A stretch of 26,547 nt of DNA from Burkholderiales bacterium (GCA_044346435.1 JBIIZE010000001.1:1-26547); one strand, 5' to 3'. Shown: positions 15,295-25,206, numbered from the stretch's first letter. Numbers and translations are program-made. The notes: generated from the letters alone by a model not told the origin.

Positions 15295-16526
15295 CCGCAC
15301 CCGCGGCGGTCGTGATCGGCGGCGGTCCCGCCGGCCTGATGGCCGCCGAAGTCCTGCTCGCCGGCGGCATGACCGTCGATCTCTACGATGCCATGCCCTC
15401 GGTCGGCCGCAAATTCCTGCTCGCCGGCAAGGGCGGCCTGAACATCACCCATGCCGATCCACCGGAAAAATTCCTGACCCGCTATGGCGCGCGCAGGTCC
15501 GCACTCGAATCCATGCTGAATGCCTTTGGTGCGTCGCCATTGCAGGATTGGGTGCACGGTCTCGGCGTCGCAACCTTCGTCGGCACTTCGCAGCGCGTGT
15601 TTCCCAAGGAAATGAAAGCCGCGCCGCTGCTGCGTGCCTGGCTGCACCGCTTGCGCGGCGCGGGACTGCGCATCCATGTCCGCCACCGCTGGACCGGCTG
15701 GAACCCGGACGGCGCGCTGGTTTTTTCAACGCCGCAGGGTGAAAACACGGTCGCTGCAAACTGCACCGTATTCGCGCTGGGCGGCGGCAGCTGGGCGCGG
15801 CTGGGTTCTGATGGCGCCTGGGTGCCGCTGTTCGAAGCGCGCGGTGTTCCGGTCGTACCGCTGAAGCCTGCCAACTGCGGCTTTGAAGTGGCGTGGAGCG
15901 CGCATCTGCGCGAACGTTACTCGGGACAACCCGTGAAGGCCGTGGTGGCATCGGTAACGGATGCCAACGGCGTAATCCATCAGCGCAACGGCGAATTCGT
16001 AGTCAGCGACTATGGCGTCGAAGGCAGTTTGATATACGCGCTGTCGGCGCCGCTGCGCGACACCATCGCGGCACAGGGTCATGCAACGCTGCATCTCGAT
16101 CTGCTGCCCGATCATGATGCCGCCCGGGTCCTGGCTGAGGTTTCCCATCCGCGCGGATCGCGCTCGCTGACCACCCATCTGCAAAGCCGTCTCGGCCTCA
16201 AAGGTATCAAGGCCGTTTTGCTGCGCGAAGCACTGTCTGCCGCGGAAATGAACGATGCACAGAAGCTCGCCGCAGCCATCAAATCGCTACCGCTGACCCT
16301 GACCGCCGCTCGACCGATTGATGAAGCCATCAGCAGTGCCGGCGGCGTACCGTTCGAAGCGCTGGATGAACAGCTGATGGTCAAAGAACTGCCCGGCGTA
16401 TTCTGCGCCGGGGAAATGCTCGACTGGGAAGCGCCGACCGGCGGTTATCTGCTGACGGCGTGTTTTGCCAGCGGTCGGGCCGCCGGTGAAGGCGCCTTGC
16501 GCTGGTCAGCGCTTCAGCAGCACTAA
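15285..16526 (+). CDS. HI0933/YhiN-like NAD(P)/FAD-dependent flavoprotein (TIGR03862-like)
   Basis: Motifs [54 protein letters not shown] and [16 protein letters not shown]. Start probably GTG 15285, overlapping the corA stop; start uncertain. Confidence 0.88.
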   Translation: MALAAPAAVVIGGGPAGLMAAEVLLAGGMTVDLYDAMPSVGRKFLLAGKGGLNITHADPPEKFLTRYGARRSALESMLNAFGASPLQDWVHGLGVATFVGTSQRVFPKEMKAAPLLRAWLHRLRGAGLRIHVRHRWTGWNPDGALVFSTPQGENTVAANCTVFALGGGSWARLGSDGAWVPLFEARGVPVVPLKPANCGFEVAWSAHLRERYSGQPVKAVVASVTDANGVIHQRNGEFVVSDYGVEGSLIYALSAPLRDTIAAQGHATLHLDLLPDHDAARVLAEVSHPRGSRSLTTHLQSRLGLKGIKAVLLREALSAAEMNDAQKLAAAIKSLPLTLTAARPIDEAISSAGGVPFEALDEQLMVKELPGVFCAGEMLDWEAPTGGYLLTACFASGRAAGEGALRWSALQQH

Positions 16527-17642
16527 ATCGAGAATACGCCGGTAGATTTTCTGCAGCGGCTCGACTTCAGCCACTGGCAGACATTCATTGACCTTGTGAA
16601 TGGTCGCGTTGGTCGGGCCGAACTCGATGACCTGCGGACAGATGTCGGCAATGAAACGGCCGTCCGAGGTACCGCCGGTGGTCGATAGTTCGGTATCAAC
16701 ACCGGTGACTTCCTTGATGGCCTTGGTCACCACATCAACCAGATCACCACGCGCAGTCAGGAAGGGGCGTCCGTCCTGCCGCCACTCCAGATCGTATTTC
16801 AGATCGTGCTTGTCGAGAATGCCATGCACCTGCGTCTGCAATGATTCGACGGTGCTCGCCGTGGAGAAACGGAAATTGAACTGCACGCGCGCAGTCCCGG
16901 GGATGACGTTGTTGGCACCGGTGCCCGCGGTGAAATTGGAAATCTGCCAGGTGGTCGGCGGAAAATATTCATTGCCGCGGTCCCATTCGGTGGCAGCCAG
17001 TTCCGCAATGGCGGGCGCGACGTCGTGAATCGGGTTTTTCGCCATATGCGGATAAGCGACGTGGCCCTGCACGCCCTGTACGGTGAGAATGCCGGTCAGT
17101 GAACCGCGACGGCCGTTCTTGATCATGTCGCCGAACTGCTTGACCGAGGTCGGTTCACCGACAATGCAGTAGTCGAGTTTTTCGCCGCGTTTCGCCAGCG
17201 CTTCAACCACTTTCACGGTACCGTCAAGCGCCGGACCCTCTTCGTCCGAGGTGAACATCACTGCGATGGAACCCGGATGATCTTCATTCGCCCGGACAAA
17301 CTCGCGGATTGCCACGACAAACGCGGCAATCGAGGTTTTCATGTCGGAGGCGCCGCGGCCATAGAGAATGCCGTCCTTGATCGTCGGTGTGAACGGATCG
17401 ATGTTCCAGTTTTCGAGGGGGCCGGTCGGCACCACGTCGGTATGCCCGGCAAAACAGATCAGCGGTGCCGCACGTCCGCGGCGCGCCCACAGATTCGTTG
17501 TGCCGTTGGCAGCGATGATTTCGCATTCGAATCCCAGCGGCTTCAACTCGGCGATGACCAGTTCGAGGCAGCCGGCGTCTTCGGGCGACACCGAAGGGCG
17601 CGCGATAAGTTGCCGGGTCAGTTCCAGGGTGTTCTTTTCCAT
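16506..17642 (-). CDS. dapE: Succinyl-diaminopimelate desuccinylase
   Basis: Motifs [55 protein letters not shown] and [12 protein letters not shown]. 378 aa from ATG 17642, compared with the over-long ORF-track start at 18005. Confidence 0.96.
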   Translation of the reverse strand: MEKNTLELTRQLIARPSVSPEDAGCLELVIAELKPLGFECEIIAANGTTNLWARRGRAAPLICFAGHTDVVPTGPLENWNIDPFTPTIKDGILYGRGASDMKTSIAAFVVAIREFVRANEDHPGSIAVMFTSDEEGPALDGTVKVVEALAKRGEKLDYCIVGEPTSVKQFGDMIKNGRRGSLTGILTVQGVQGHVAYPHMAKNPIHDVAPAIAELAATEWDRGNEYFPPTTWQISNFTAGTGANNVIPGTARVQFNFRFSTASTVESLQTQVHGILDKHDLKYDLEWRQDGRPFLTARGDLVDVVTKAIKEVTGVDTELSTTGGTSDGRFIADICPQVIEFGPTNATIHKVNECLPVAEVEPLQKIYRRILDLVLLKR

Positions 17643-17754
17643 TGAATGGACTTTCATGGTCGGTAGGCCGTTTTGCACTGCGGCTGAGCGTCGCATGGTA
17701 GCAAAGAGCGGGTAAAATCTCCCTCCCGCGTCGTTGCCATTCCCTGATCCGTCC

Positions 17755-18753
17755 ATGACCACTTTGCTGGTTTCAAACCGCCTGCATGCCGAGCGCGGCG
17801 CTGACCTTGCCGCGCAGGCGAAACGCCTCGGGCTGCCCCTGGAACTGGTTGTGCTCCCTGCCGACCCTGAAGGCCGGCTGAGTGATGCCGATTGTGCACG
17901 TCTGGATTTGGCGTTTTTTTCATCCGACGTGTTTCCGCAGTTCTCGCGGCAGTTTTTTTCGACGGTGCGCAAAGCGCCCGCGCTGCAATGGCTGCATGTG
18001 TTCAATGCCGGGGTCGACCACCCGATCTATAGCGAAATGCTGCAGGGGGGCGTGCGTCTGACGACTTCCGCCGGCACGACCGCCGTACCGATCGCGCAAA
18101 CCGCAATCACCGGTCTGCTGATGCTGGCGCGCAATTTTCCGCGCTGGCTGTCCGCCCAGCGTGAGCACCGTTGGGACCCGGCAAGGATGCCGCATTTCCC
18201 GCGAGACCTGCCCGGGCAAACCATGCTGATAGTCGGCCTGGGCAGCATCGGCGCTGAGATCGCCCGCCTCGCCCGGGTGCTGGGCCTGAAGGTGATCGGT
18301 GTGCGGCGCAGTCCGCTAAAACCCGGTGACCCGGTGGATGAACTGCACCAGCCGCAACAGCTCGCGGGGTTGCTGCCCCGAGCCGACTGGCTGGTGATCG
18401 CCAGCCCGCTGACCGCGGAAACCCGCGGCCTGATCAATGCCGACATGCTCGCGCGGCTGCCGCAAGGTGCGCGTATCATCAATATCGGTCGCGGTGAAAT
18501 CATCGACGAGACGGCGATGATCGAGGCTCTGCGTTCGGGTCATCTCGCCGGGGCCTATCTCGATGTTTTCGAAAAGGAACCGCTGCCAGCAGAATCTCCG
18601 CTGTGGAATCTGCCCAATGTGCTCATTTCACCGCACAATTCAGCGGCAGCATCCGGCAACGACGAACGGGTTTATCAGTTGTTCGTCGCCAATCTGGAAA
18701 ACTGGCATCGCAAGCAAGCACTCACCAATGAAGTGCAGAATATCACCTCATAA
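17755..18753 (+). CDS. D-2-hydroxyacid dehydrogenase family protein (NAD-binding)
   Basis: Motifs [22 protein letters not shown] and ISPHNS, giving the Arg/Glu/His catalytic set. Start ATG 17755 (alternative TTG 17734). Confidence 0.92.
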   Translation: MTTLLVSNRLHAERGADLAAQAKRLGLPLELVVLPADPEGRLSDADCARLDLAFFSSDVFPQFSRQFFSTVRKAPALQWLHVFNAGVDHPIYSEMLQGGVRLTTSAGTTAVPIAQTAITGLLMLARNFPRWLSAQREHRWDPARMPHFPRDLPGQTMLIVGLGSIGAEIARLARVLGLKVIGVRRSPLKPGDPVDELHQPQQLAGLLPRADWLVIASPLTAETRGLINADMLARLPQGARIINIGRGEIIDETAMIEALRSGHLAGAYLDVFEKEPLPAESPLWNLPNVLISPHNSAAASGNDERVYQLFVANLENWHRKQALTNEVQNITS

Positions 18754-18770
18754 TAAGTTCGGAGGAAATG

Positions 18771-19739
18771 ATGAATAAAATCAATTACTTATATGCAGTT
18801 GCCGCGCTGGCGCTGATCACTCAGCCTGTGCTGGCACAGCAAAACTGGCCGACCCGCGCAGTGCGCGTGATCGTGCCTTATGCCGCCGGCGGCAACACCG
18901 ATTTCACTGCACGGACCGTCGGCGCCAAATTGAGCGAAATGTGGGGCCAGCAGGTGATTGTCGATAACCGTCCCGGCGGCGGCACCAATATCGGATCGGA
19001 ACTCGCGGCCAAAGCCGCACCTGACGGCTACGTACTGTTCATGGGCGGCGCATCCAATGCCGTCAACATGACCCTGTATGCCAAACCGCCTTACAACACC
19101 CTGCGCGATTTCGCGCCGGTGGCCTGGTGTGTGCAGGGCGCGGCTTTATTGGCAGCCCATCCGTCGCTGCCCGCAAAAAATGTGAAGGAACTGGTCGCCC
19201 TCGCCAAATCGCGGCCGGGCCAGCTCAACTACGGCCACGCCGGGCTCGGCAGCTCAAACCACATGGCCGGCGAATTGCTCAAGGTCATGACCGGCATCAA
19301 CATCCTGCATGTCCCGTACAAGGGCAATACGCCATCCATTACCGATGCAATCTCGGGCAATGTGGAAATGGTATTCAGTGGCGTGCCGGCGCTGGTTCCG
19401 CACATCAAGTCCGGCCGTCTGCGCGGGATTGCCATCAGCAGCCTGGAACGTTTTGCCGCGGTCCCGGATGTCCCGACCTTCGACGAATCCGGCGTCAAGG
19501 GTTACGAAGCCAGCAACTGGTTCGGTCTGATGGCGCCGATCAAGACGCCGCGCGAAATCATTACCAAGGTCAATGCCGATACCAACAAGGTGCTGGCCAT
19601 GCCTGACGTCAAGAACCGGTTTGAGTCCGAAGGGGTGGTTCCGAAAGGCGGCAGCACGGACTATTTCGACAAATTCATCCGCTCGGAGATTGTCAAATAC
19701 GAGCAGGTCATCAAAAAAGCCAATATTGAACGCCAGTAA
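18771..19739 (+). CDS. Bug/TctC family substrate-binding protein
   Basis: Signal peptide; motifs VIVPYAAGGNTD, VDNRPGGG, APDGY and HVPYKG. The spacing of SD GGAGG favours the second ATG (18771). Confidence 0.95.
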   Translation: MNKINYLYAVAALALITQPVLAQQNWPTRAVRVIVPYAAGGNTDFTARTVGAKLSEMWGQQVIVDNRPGGGTNIGSELAAKAAPDGYVLFMGGASNAVNMTLYAKPPYNTLRDFAPVAWCVQGAALLAAHPSLPAKNVKELVALAKSRPGQLNYGHAGLGSSNHMAGELLKVMTGINILHVPYKGNTPSITDAISGNVEMVFSGVPALVPHIKSGRLRGIAISSLERFAAVPDVPTFDESGVKGYEASNWFGLMAPIKTPREIITKVNADTNKVLAMPDVKNRFESEGVVPKGGSTDYFDKFIRSEIVKYEQVIKKANIERQ

Positions 19740-19768
19740 GCTCTCTAATTGATACCGGAGGAATACCC

Positions 19769-20749
19769 ATGAAAAACCTGACTTGTCTTCTGATCGCCGC
19801 CATGTTGGCGATCGCCCTGCCGGCCCAGGCCCAGAAAACCTGGTCGCCGTCGCGCAACGTTGAAATCGTTGTCGGCTCCGCACCCGGCGGCAGCAATGAC
19901 AAGACTGCACGCTCGGTGGAAAAAGCCATCGTCGAGGCCAAATTGATCCCGACCTCGCTGACGGTGGTCAACCGGCCCGGCGGCGGCAGCACCATCGCCT
20001 TCGCCTATGTGCGCCAGAAAAAGGCCGATCCGCACACGCTGCTGATCGGCACCACGGCGCTGCTGTCGAACCACATCGTCGGCACCAGCACCATCAGCTA
20101 CGACGACTTCACGCCGATTGCGTCGCTGTTCAACGATTACGTGGTGTTTGCGGTCAACGCCAATTCGCCGATCAAGACCGGCAAGGACCTGATCGCCAAA
20201 CTGAAGGAAAACCCGCAATCGGTTTCCATCGGCTTCGCCACCACGCTGGGCAGCCACAATCACATCGCCGCCGGTCTGCTCGCCAAGAGCATCGGCGTCA
20301 ATGCGCGCCAACTGAAAGCGATCGCCTTCAAAGGTTCGGCCGAGGCCATCACGCAGGTGATGGGTGGCCATATTGACCTGGTCACCACGGCGGCCGGCAA
20401 TGTAGCCAACCACGTTGCTGAAGGCCGTCTGCGCGTGATCGGCGTGTCGTCACCGAAACGTTTCCCCGGCGCGCTCGCCACCGTGCCGACCTGGAAGGAA
20501 CAGGGCGCCAATCTGGTTTATGGCGGCTGGCGCGCGATCATGGCCCCGCGCGAGATCACCCCGCAACAGATCGCCTACTGGGAAGGCGTGATGCGCAAAG
20601 TCACCGAAACCAAGGAATGGAAAGAAGACCTCGAACGCAATTACTGGGCGGACGATTTCCTCGGCAGCGCGCAATTCCGCAAGGAGCTCGCCAAGAACTA
20701 CACCGACATGAAGTCTGTTCTGGTCGACATCGGTCTCGCCAAACCCTGA
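19769..20749 (+). CDS. Bug/TctC family substrate-binding protein (more TctC-like)
   Basis: Signal peptide; motifs IVVGSAPGGSND, VVNRPGGGS, FKGSAEA...VMGGHID and VPTWKEQG. SD GGAGG. Confidence 0.93.
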   Translation: MKNLTCLLIAAMLAIALPAQAQKTWSPSRNVEIVVGSAPGGSNDKTARSVEKAIVEAKLIPTSLTVVNRPGGGSTIAFAYVRQKKADPHTLLIGTTALLSNHIVGTSTISYDDFTPIASLFNDYVVFAVNANSPIKTGKDLIAKLKENPQSVSIGFATTLGSHNHIAAGLLAKSIGVNARQLKAIAFKGSAEAITQVMGGHIDLVTTAAGNVANHVAEGRLRVIGVSSPKRFPGALATVPTWKEQGANLVYGGWRAIMAPREITPQQIAYWEGVMRKVTETKEWKEDLERNYWADDFLGSAQFRKELAKNYTDMKSVLVDIGLAKP

Positions 20750-20784
20750 GCGCATTTACGAATCAATTTGACCAAGGAATCTTC

Positions 20785-21561
20785 ATGAGCGCAGCTGCCG
20801 TCATCACCGAACGCCCCGCCGAAGGCGTTGGCCTGATCCGCATCAACCGACCGGACGCGCGCAATGCGCTGAACATGGAAGTACGCCGGCTGATTGGCCA
20901 GTATCTGACCGAGATGGCCGATGACGAGTCGGTGCGCTGCATCGTGCTCACCGGCAACGATAAGGCCTTTGCGGCAGGCGCCGACATCAAGGAAATGGCC
21001 AATGCCGGCAGCATCGAGATGCTGCAGCGGGGCACGCAGAAGCTCTGGCGCATCATCTACGGTTGCCCGAAACCGGTAATCGCCGCGGTCAGCGGCTTTG
21101 CGCTGGGCGGCGGCTGCGAACTGGCGATGACCTGCGACATTCTCATTGCCGGTGAATCGGCCAAGTTCGGCCAGCCTGAAGTCAAAATCGGCATCATCCC
21201 GGGCGGCGGCGGCACCCAGCGTTTCCCGCGCACCGTCGGCAAATACAAGGCCATGCGTTACGTGTTGACCGGTGACATCTTCGGTGCGAAGGAAGCCTTC
21301 GACATGAACCTCGTCAGCGAAATCGTGCCCGATGCCGAAGTCGAAAAACGCGCCGTCGCCATGGCCGCCCAGATCGCCGAACTGCCGCCGATCGCCATCC
21401 AGCAAGCCAAGGAATCGATCATCCGCGGCATGGATGCCTCCCTGGAAACCGGCCTGACGCTGGAAACGCGCACGCTGCAGATGCTGTTTGCATCGCAGGA
21501 CCAGAAGGAAGGCATGGCGGCCTTCATCGAGAAGCGCAAGCCGAAGTTTGTCGGCAAGTAA
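20785..21561 (+). CDS. Enoyl-CoA hydratase/isomerase (crotonase; both catalytic Glu present)
   Basis: Motifs INRPDARNAL, AFAAGADIKEM, GGGCELAM and QPEVKIGIIPGGGGTQR. SD AAGGA. 258 aa from ATG 20785. Confidence 0.95.
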   Translation: MSAAAVITERPAEGVGLIRINRPDARNALNMEVRRLIGQYLTEMADDESVRCIVLTGNDKAFAAGADIKEMANAGSIEMLQRGTQKLWRIIYGCPKPVIAAVSGFALGGGCELAMTCDILIAGESAKFGQPEVKIGIIPGGGGTQRFPRTVGKYKAMRYVLTGDIFGAKEAFDMNLVSEIVPDAEVEKRAVAMAAQIAELPPIAIQQAKESIIRGMDASLETGLTLETRTLQMLFASQDQKEGMAAFIEKRKPKFVGK

Positions 21562-22015
21562 CGCTGCGTCATCCGGCGAACGACGGCCGCTTCCCCTGGC
21601 TGTCGTCCTGCTGTTCGGCCCCGCTTTTTTCGCCATGGGCCTGCTGGTGGCCGGTTTGCTGACCGGACATGTGCCGGCCAAACCGGACGCTTTGCGTGTG
21701 CCGGCCGCCGTGCTGTGGCTGACGGCCATCCTGTTCTGCAGTGGCGGGCTGGGCCTGATGCTGTCGCGCTGGCTGCCGAAACCGGCGGTATTCTGCGGCG
21801 TGATCGGCTTCTGCTTTTTTGTGGGCATCTTCAACTGGATCGCCTTCGGCCCCGGCGAGCGCGAGTTCACGCGCGGCAAATCGGGATCGGTGGGGGCGCC
21901 CGTTTCGGAAAGCGAAGGCCGGCTGGTGTTCGGCCTGTTCGCCGGCGCACTTGATGCCCTGATTCTCTATGGCATTTACCGCAGCCTGAAACACCGCAAC
22001 GGTAACAAAGCATGA
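21548..22015 (+). CDS. Hypothetical integral membrane protein (about 4 TM)
   Basis: Four hydrophobic segments and a WIAFGPGER..GR..FG pattern. The stop is coupled (ATGA) to the next gene. Start uncertain (TTG 21548 or ATG 21635). Confidence 0.7.
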   Translation: MSASNAASSGERRPLPLAVVLLFGPAFFAMGLLVAGLLTGHVPAKPDALRVPAAVLWLTAILFCSGGLGLMLSRWLPKPAVFCGVIGFCFFVGIFNWIAFGPGEREFTRGKSGSVGAPVSESEGRLVFGLFAGALDALILYGIYRSLKHRNGNKA

Positions 22016-22911
22016 CCGCACCGCGCGCAACACCGCCAGACTGGCTCGCGCTCGCCGCGCTGTTCGCCGGCGCCACCGCGATCGCCACAGCGCCGCTGTT
22101 CGTCAAGGTCAGCGAAACCGGCCCCGTCGCCACCGCATTCTGGCGCGTCTTCCTCGCGCTGCCGCTGCTCTGGGCCTGGGCCGCCTCTACGCAGGGCGGA
22201 GCATTGCTTCAGCAGGCGCGCAGCCACCGCAAGATGCTCTTCGCCGCGGGATTTTTCTTTGCCGGCGACCTCGCGGTCTGGCACTGGTCGATCCTGCTCA
22301 CCTCGGTCGCCAACACCACGCTGCTGGCCAACCTCGCGCCGATTTTCGTCACCGCGGTGACCTGGTTTCTGTTCCGCGAAACACCGCGGCGGCTGTTCCT
22401 CGCCGGGCTTGCAGCATCGATCAGCGGTACCCTGCTGCTGATCGGCGCCAACTTCGGCGGCAGTGGCGGCGCCATGCTCGGCGACGCGCTCGGAGTCATC
22501 ACCGCGATGTTCTACGCTGCGTACCAATTGACCGTTTCCCGGCTGCGCACCAGCGTACCCACCGCCAGCGTGATGGCCATCAGCAGCACGGTGATGGCGA
22601 TCCTGCTGCTGCCGATCTCCTGGGCTTCCGGCGAACAGCTCCTGCCGCTGACGGATGCCGGCTGGCTGAAACTGATCGGCATCGCACTGTTTGCACAGGT
22701 CATCGGGCAGAGCCTGATCGCCTGGGCGATGGCTCACCTGACGGCGACCTTTTCTTCGGTGGGACTGTTATTGCAACCAGTGATGGCGACGCTGTTCGCC
22801 TGGATGTTGCTGGGCGAAACCGTCGGACCGCTGCAGTTCGCCGGCGGTGTTTTTGTGCTGGCCGGTATCATGCTGGCCCGGCAGGGTTCGGATCACCGAA
22901 ATCGTGGTTGA
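22012..22911 (+). CDS. DMT/EamA family transporter
   Basis: About 10 TM segments in two EamA-like repeats, with motifs SVANTTLLANLAPIFV, GDALG...AMFYAAY and LLQPVMATLFAW.LLGE. Confidence 0.92.
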   Translation: MTAPRATPPDWLALAALFAGATAIATAPLFVKVSETGPVATAFWRVFLALPLLWAWAASTQGGALLQQARSHRKMLFAAGFFFAGDLAVWHWSILLTSVANTTLLANLAPIFVTAVTWFLFRETPRRLFLAGLAASISGTLLLIGANFGGSGGAMLGDALGVITAMFYAAYQLTVSRLRTSVPTASVMAISSTVMAILLLPISWASGEQLLPLTDAGWLKLIGIALFAQVIGQSLIAWAMAHLTATFSSVGLLLQPVMATLFAWMLLGETVGPLQFAGGVFVLAGIMLARQGSDHRNRG

Positions 22912-22974
22912 ACGCTGCTTCGGTGCCATAGTCTCTTGAACCCAGGGCAGGGGTTTGAAGTCAAACGGCTCATG

Positions 22975-23499
22975 CTATCGCCGGGCATCCGGATTTTGCG
23001 CGTGCTGTTGGGTGCTTAGAAGAACTTCCCTGATTTTTTCCATTCCAATTGCCCGTACCAGCTCGGCCGCCAGGCAATAGAAAAACAGGCCGCCAAGGAC
23101 CCACAGCGTCAGAATAACGAATAAAGGCCAAGACACCTCTGCGGACATAGCCTGTATGGCAGATGCCGGGCTATTGTGCTTCGATAAAAACGGAATGAGT
23201 TCTTCAACGAAGCGGAAAACCAGCACCACCACGCCATACATCAGAGTCTTCCAAATGACCCGGTAAATCCGGCTCGTTGAAGAAAGCCGTGATATCGGAA
23301 GTGCATCCACGAGAAGTATCGCTTTGGCCACAAGCAAAGCACCCAACGTGGCGCCCGCAGAACGAAGCGCGGTGAAACTATAGTCTTCGAGTACGGCGTC
23401 TTTGGTGAGACCAATCATGTGAAACAGGAAAATGAAAAAAATGGTTGCCGGCAAAGCTTCGCGGATCTCTTTTGCAACAATCACACCGATCCTGCCCAT
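22975..23499 (-). CDS. Hypothetical membrane protein (about 4 TM), lower GC
   Basis: SD GAGGAG lies 8 nt upstream of ATG 23499. Hydrophobic helices are present. My hand count over 23041-23460 gives about 51% GC. Confidence 0.78.
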   Translation of the reverse strand: MGRIGVIVAKEIREALPATIFFIFLFHMIGLTKDAVLEDYSFTALRSAGATLGALLVAKAILLVDALPISRLSSTSRIYRVIWKTLMYGVVVLVFRFVEELIPFLSKHNSPASAIQAMSAEVSWPLFVILTLWVLGGLFFYCLAAELVRAIGMEKIREVLLSTQQHAQNPDARR

Positions 23500-23608
23500 C
23501 TTTCCCACTCCTCATCAAATATGACTTTCCGGATTGCCACGGAATACCGTTTCGCCTGTGGCCGCAATGGCGCCATCAATGCTCACATTTTCCGACTGCC
23601 ATCGTGCC

Positions 23609-24664
23609 TCAAAACTCGATACCGATGTTGACGGAATAAAACTTCTGCTTGCCGCCGCCGCCCAGCGGCGTATAAAACTCTTCGCTGCGCCGGATCTGCG
23701 TAACCGATACGCGCAAAGCATTGATGCGCATCGACACCCCCGTCAGCAGGTCATACACATAGTCGCGGGTTGCGACACTGGGACCGCTGCGGAACAGCGA
23801 ACCGTCGAGTGATGTGTTGTGCCCCATCAGCCGTCCGTCGGCACCGGCAAATACAAACCACTCGTAGGGCTGGCCTCGCCCCGGATCCTGCTGACGGCGG
23901 GTGTTTTTCAGCATGGCGCCGCCCGGCTCAATGCCGTCGGGGCCGAAACCGGTCATGTTCTGCCCTACACGCAGCAAAGCGCCGGCACGCGCAAACGTGG
24001 CGACCGTACCGAGGCTGGCGCCGATATGCGGCACCAGCTGCACGCCGCTGATCTCGCCATAACGGCGTTTGTGCAGATAGGTCAGCAGAATGCCGGGCTC
24101 GGTGCGGATCTGGTTATCCCAACCCTTGGGTTCGGGCGCATCAACCAGTTTGTGCGACGCCGTCTGCACCTGCCGGCCCAGTGCCGGCGGACCGACAACG
24201 CCGATGTCAAATTCGACGGTATGCAGGTGATCGTTCTTGACGCTTTGCGCTACCACGCCGACATAAAGCCAGGCCGCCCAGGGCCGGTCATTCGGCTGCG
24301 GCGCGGCCACGGTGATGTCGCGGGGCGTGTACATGTTCTGCCCGAAGAACAGGCCAAAGTTGTTGCTGGCGCCGTCGGTAATGGCATCCAGCAACGCATT
24401 GGGCGGGCGGCTAAACAGTTTGCCGACCTTGTCGGCAGGGACCCCGCCGCCGATCTTGATGCCGTTGGTGTAGTACTGGTCGGAGCTGCCGAAGGAGTCG
24501 TTCTCAATGAAGATCTGGATCTCGCTACCGCGCAGGTCGACCGGCGGAGCCGGTGTTTCCATCGCGCGCGCCGACCCCGCCAACAGCGCAATCAGCGTCA
24601 GGGCGCCTGCTGCAGTGGTTCTTGTGTGAGCACCTACAAACTCTATGGTTTTAAAAAATACCAT
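23609..24664 (-). CDS. Lipid A 3'-O-deacylase LpxR family (DUF2219-like) outer-membrane beta-barrel protein
   Basis: Motifs ENDSF...DQYYTNG, GQNMYTP.DI and DRPWAAWLY. Signal peptide ending A-R-A and a C-terminal Phe (IGIEF). Start uncertain. Confidence 0.85.
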   Translation of the reverse strand: MVFFKTIEFVGAHTRTTAAGALTLIALLAGSARAMETPAPPVDLRGSEIQIFIENDSFGSSDQYYTNGIKIGGGVPADKVGKLFSRPPNALLDAITDGASNNFGLFFGQNMYTPRDITVAAPQPNDRPWAAWLYVGVVAQSVKNDHLHTVEFDIGVVGPPALGRQVQTASHKLVDAPEPKGWDNQIRTEPGILLTYLHKRRYGEISGVQLVPHIGASLGTVATFARAGALLRVGQNMTGFGPDGIEPGGAMLKNTRRQQDPGRGQPYEWFVFAGADGRLMGHNTSLDGSLFRSGPSVATRDYVYDLLTGVSMRINALRVSVTQIRRSEEFYTPLGGGGKQKFYSVNIGIEF

Positions 24665-24728
24665 TAATAAACAATGCTTTATAAAACCATCCCGGCGCTA
24701 CTCATGGTTGGATAGCAGCAAACCACGA

Positions 24729-24751
24729 CGGTTTCCGCAACGCGGAAACCG
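24729..24751 (-). terminator. Terminator-like hairpin downstream of the MliC-like gene
   Basis: CGGTTTCCGC-AAC-GCGGAAACCG is a perfect 10-bp stem, with only a weak U-tail on the minus strand. Confidence 0.4.
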
Positions 24752-24773
24752 CGGGATTGATGTCAGCTGACCG

Positions 24774-25130
24774 CTAGCGGTAACGCTCGGTCTTGGGCAG
24801 GGGGCCGGTGACACAGGGCCCGAAAAGAACGCGGCTGTTTTCTTCGAGGACGGCGCGCTCACCCTCGAGATACAAGGTCAGATTGCCGTTACTGTACTTT
24901 TCCTGGGCGGCGCTGTCCGCCCGTTGCAGAACCACCGGTTTGCCATCGATAAGCACCGCTGCAGCACGGGCATCCGGCGCACGCTGCACCTGGAGCACGC
25001 GGTTCTGGGCACACTGGTAGTCAATGCGTACCGGCAGCACCGTGACCTCAGTACCCGGACCAACACAGCCCGCCAGCAGGATCATGCAGCCGACAACAGA
25101 ACCGCTTCGCACCAGGTTCAATGCATTCAT
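24774..25130 (-). CDS. MliC/PliC-like lipoprotein (divergent)
   Basis: Lipobox LAGC, YxC near the N-terminus, a second Cys near the C-terminus, and a L.R..SA..EKY segment. SD GGAG lies 8 nt upstream. Confidence 0.72.
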   Translation of the reverse strand: MNALNLVRSGSVVGCMILLAGCVGPGTEVTVLPVRIDYQCAQNRVLQVQRAPDARAAAVLIDGKPVVLQRADSAAQEKYSNGNLTLYLEGERAVLEENSRVLFGPCVTGPLPKTERYR

Positions 25131-25206
25131 CCGGAAGACTCCACAACAGAATTCAGGTTAATGGGCGGGCAGTGCCGGTGCCGGGCGGCACTCTGCCTCG
25201 ACACCG

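Noticed and set aside
62-15300. Many long antisense or alternate-frame ORFs (e.g. 62..979-, 976..1815-, 2056..3171-, 5238..6671-, 6996..8123-, 8773..10398-, 11744..13615-, 14305..15300-; likewise 20698..21879- and 23819..24667+)
   Set aside because: They are shadows of well-supported genes. GC-rich codon bias depletes stops on the opposite strand, and the translations have no recognisable motifs.
17690-17718. TAAAAT -10-like hexamer upstream of the 2-hydroxyacid dehydrogenase gene
   Set aside because: No credible -35 at proper spacing, so it is not supported enough to list as a feature.
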